From an uncultured Anaerolineales bacterium (GTDB taxonomy: Bacteria; Chloroflexota; Anaerolineae; UBA1429): a DNA stretch of 64,000 bases. The stretch's first letter is position 1. Each line of letters begins with the position of its first letter. Positions 62,010 to 64,000 of the stretch are shown here, one piece after another. The position numbers were made by a program, and so were the translations under genes. The stretch lies in assembly GCA_964651255.1 (NCBI GenBank), contig CAZYWU010000001.1:131890-195889 (forward strand). Direction: 5' to 3'. Under the pieces are notes generated by a model that saw only the letters and a list, made by a program, of their open reading frames with translations, was not told where the DNA came from and searched no databases.

Positions 62010-63836
62010 TCAGGAGAGCTGCTTTGTGTAGGTCTCGATCGCCTGGCGCAATTCCTGCTCGGTGGACGAGCTCAGGCGGTGCTCTTCGGCGATGGATCGC
62101 AGCGCGCGGGGAGCGGTGCGCTCTATGTGCGTCCAGAGGCCGGCCTCGTAACGCTCGATGTCGTTCACGTCCACTTCGTCGAGGAGACCCAGATCAACAG
62201 CCAGCAGTATGAGGATCTCGCGGGCGAGTGGCAGTGGCTCATAGGGCGGCTGGCGCAGCACGCGTCTGAGACGTTCACCCCTCACCAGTTGCTGGCGCGT
62301 AGCACGGTCGATCTCGGTGCCAAACCGGGAAAAGTGAGCCACTTCCTCATATTGTGAGAGCGTCAACCGAAGCTGACCGCTCACACGTCGCATAGCCTGG
62401 GTCTGTGCCGACCCGCCGACGCGCGAGACCGACTGGCCGATATCGATAGCCGGCTTGGAACCCTGGTTAAAGAGATCGGGATCAAGGTAGATCTGGCCAT
62501 CGGTGATCGAGATCAGGTTAGTCGGGATGTAGGCGGAAATGTTGCCGCGGCGTGTCTCTACGATTGGCAATGCGGTAATGCTACCCCCGCCAGCCTCCTG
62601 GTTGCGTCGACAGGCGCGCTCCAGCAGGCGCGCGTGCAGGTAGAAAACATCCCCTGGATAGGCTTCGCGTCCCGGGGGGCGACGTAGCAGCAGTGATATC
62701 TCGCGATAGGCGTCAGCGTGCTTGGTGAGGTCGTCATAGACGATCAGGACGTCGTGTCCCTCGTCCATGAAGGACTCGGCGATGGCCACGCCGGCGTACG
62801 GGGCAAGGTAGAGCAAGGCAGGGGGATCATCGGGCGCTGCTACGACGATGATCGTGTGGTCCATGGCTTCCGCATCCTCAAGGATGCGTACCGCCTGCAG
62901 CACTGAACTGGCTCGTTGACCGATGCAGACATACACACAGATGACTTTGGTATCTCTCTGACTGATGATGGCATCCAGCGCTATGGCCGTTTTGCCGGTC
63001 TGCCGGTCGCCGATGATGAGCTCGCGCTGACCGCGCCCGATCGGGATCATGGCGTCAACAGCCTTTATTCCCGTGTGCAGGGGCACAGAGACCGGTTCGC
63101 GATCGACCACGCCCACGGCTTCACTCTCGATCAGTCGGCGCTCGCTAACGTACAGCGGCCTCTTGCCATCCAGAGGTATGCCAAGCGGGCTGATGATACG
63201 GCCGAGCAACCTGTCTCCTACGGGCACCGTCGCTCGCTGGGCGGTTGCCCAGACGATATCGCCACCCTGGATCCCCTCCGCAGGTCCCAGCAGGATACAG
63301 TCTGCCTGGTTCACATCGAGATTCATCACGAGGCCCAGCACCGAGTTGGGAAAGAGCAGCAATTCATCGGTGGCGGCCTGTGCCAGTCCCCAGACAGAGG
63401 CGACGCCCTCTCCCACCTGCTTGACGGTGCCCACATGCTGTATCTGAAGCCCCGCCCGCGATCCCGCACTGATCGTGGCGATTGTTTCGACGAGCGCCTG
63501 AACACTATGTGCTGAATCGCGGTGCAGACGCTCAAAAAAGCCAGAGCCAGCGCCAAGCCGGGCATTCTTGGTGACGCCCCAGAGCGGGATGCTCGTGAGA
63601 CTGGTTCGCGGCATGACGTCCATGTCCCTGGGCCGGATCGGTGCGCGTCCATCCCCACAGACGGTTGCCACGGAGTCCAGGAGCGCGGCCAGCGGTCCCG
63701 CGCTGTTCGAACCAGGGCTATCACTGGCGCCACGGCCGCTCACGATGGCGTTGGCGGGAGTGAGCCCATCACTGTTCTGTCCTGGGGATTCAGCCTGCTG
63801 TGAAGGCTGGCCCGTGTACTCGCGTTGATCGGTCAT
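62010..63836 (-). CDS. atpA: F1 ATP synthase alpha subunit, second copy, with roughly 105-aa low-complexity N-terminal extension
   Basis: GDRQTGKT P-loop and alpha-specific C-terminus. The ATG at 63836 overlaps the stop of the upstream delta-like gene (ATGA). Confidence 0.85.
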   Translation of the reverse strand: MTDQREYTGQPSQQAESPGQNSDGLTPANAIVSGRGASDSPGSNSAGPLAALLDSVATVCGDGRAPIRPRDMDVMPRTSLTSIPLWGVTKNARLGAGSGFFERLHRDSAHSVQALVETIATISAGSRAGLQIQHVGTVKQVGEGVASVWGLAQAATDELLLFPNSVLGLVMNLDVNQADCILLGPAEGIQGGDIVWATAQRATVPVGDRLLGRIISPLGIPLDGKRPLYVSERRLIESEAVGVVDREPVSVPLHTGIKAVDAMIPIGRGQRELIIGDRQTGKTAIALDAIISQRDTKVICVYVCIGQRASSVLQAVRILEDAEAMDHTIIVVAAPDDPPALLYLAPYAGVAIAESFMDEGHDVLIVYDDLTKHADAYREISLLLRRPPGREAYPGDVFYLHARLLERACRRNQEAGGGSITALPIVETRRGNISAYIPTNLISITDGQIYLDPDLFNQGSKPAIDIGQSVSRVGGSAQTQAMRRVSGQLRLTLSQYEEVAHFSRFGTEIDRATRQQLVRGERLRRVLRQPPYEPLPLAREILILLAVDLGLLDEVDVNDIERYEAGLWTHIERTAPRALRSIAEEHRLSSSTEQELRQAIETYTKQLS

Positions 63837-64000
63837 GAATTGTTCAGGCCCTGTTTCGATAGAAAATCGACCCACGCCGCATCTCTGATCTGAAGCAGCT
63901 GCTGGCGTATGCTGTTCTCCATCAGCTGGTCTGCGATGCGCACCTGGATGCCGGCAATGATGCTGGGGTCAACGGCTTCGCGGACCTCGACCCTGCGGTC
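63833..64000 (-). CDS. atpH: F1 ATP synthase delta subunit, second copy, C-terminal fragment at the window edge
   Basis: ...VDPSIIAGIQVRIADQLMENSIRQQLLQIRD matches the delta C-terminal consensus. Confidence 0.6.
   Translation of the reverse strand, partial: DRRVEVREAVDPSIIAGIQVRIADQLMENSIRQQLLQIRDAAWVDFLSKQGLNNS

Overview
This 64 kb window is high-GC bacterial DNA. The base composition and gene content are consistent with a Chloroflexi/Thermomicrobia-like organism, but taxonomy cannot be proven from this alone. Most of it is ordinary housekeeping: a pyrimidine operon (pyrC-pyrB-pyrFE-pyrD-pyrK), a complete F1Fo ATP synthase operon followed by murA, zwf, gyrB, gatB, a porGDAB 2-oxoacid:ferredoxin oxidoreductase operon, upp, apt, tmRNA with smpB, and mtnP. 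The exception is a roughly 15 kb minus-strand operon (about 16184-31315) that encodes a full contractile injection system (CIS). It carries an AAA+ ATPase, a DUF4157 HExxH protein, a DUF4255 cap, one sheath, two tube proteins, a proline-rich protein in the tape-measure position, a LysM tube initiator, a VgrG-like spike, PAAR, gp25, baseplate J and a P2 gpI-like wedge protein. A near-consensus promoter (TTGACA-17-TATGAT) sits about 70 bp upstream of the ATPase. Three things about this CIS are unusual. The gpI-like wedge protein carries an N-terminal FHA domain. The gene immediately downstream encodes a 990-aa membrane Ser/Thr kinase with its own FHA domain and a PLAT-like exported C-terminus. 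No tail-fibre gene is present. Together these suggest a CIS controlled by phospho-threonine signalling and possibly docked to the membrane, loosely parallel to the T6SS PpkA/Fha pathway. Other points of interest are a larE-larB cluster with only the C-terminal half of larC, and a second, partial ATP-synthase operon (delta-alpha-gamma) in which a 2-TM membrane protein is translationally coupled where beta would be. Many long antisense ORFs in the six-frame track are GC artefacts and were rejected.
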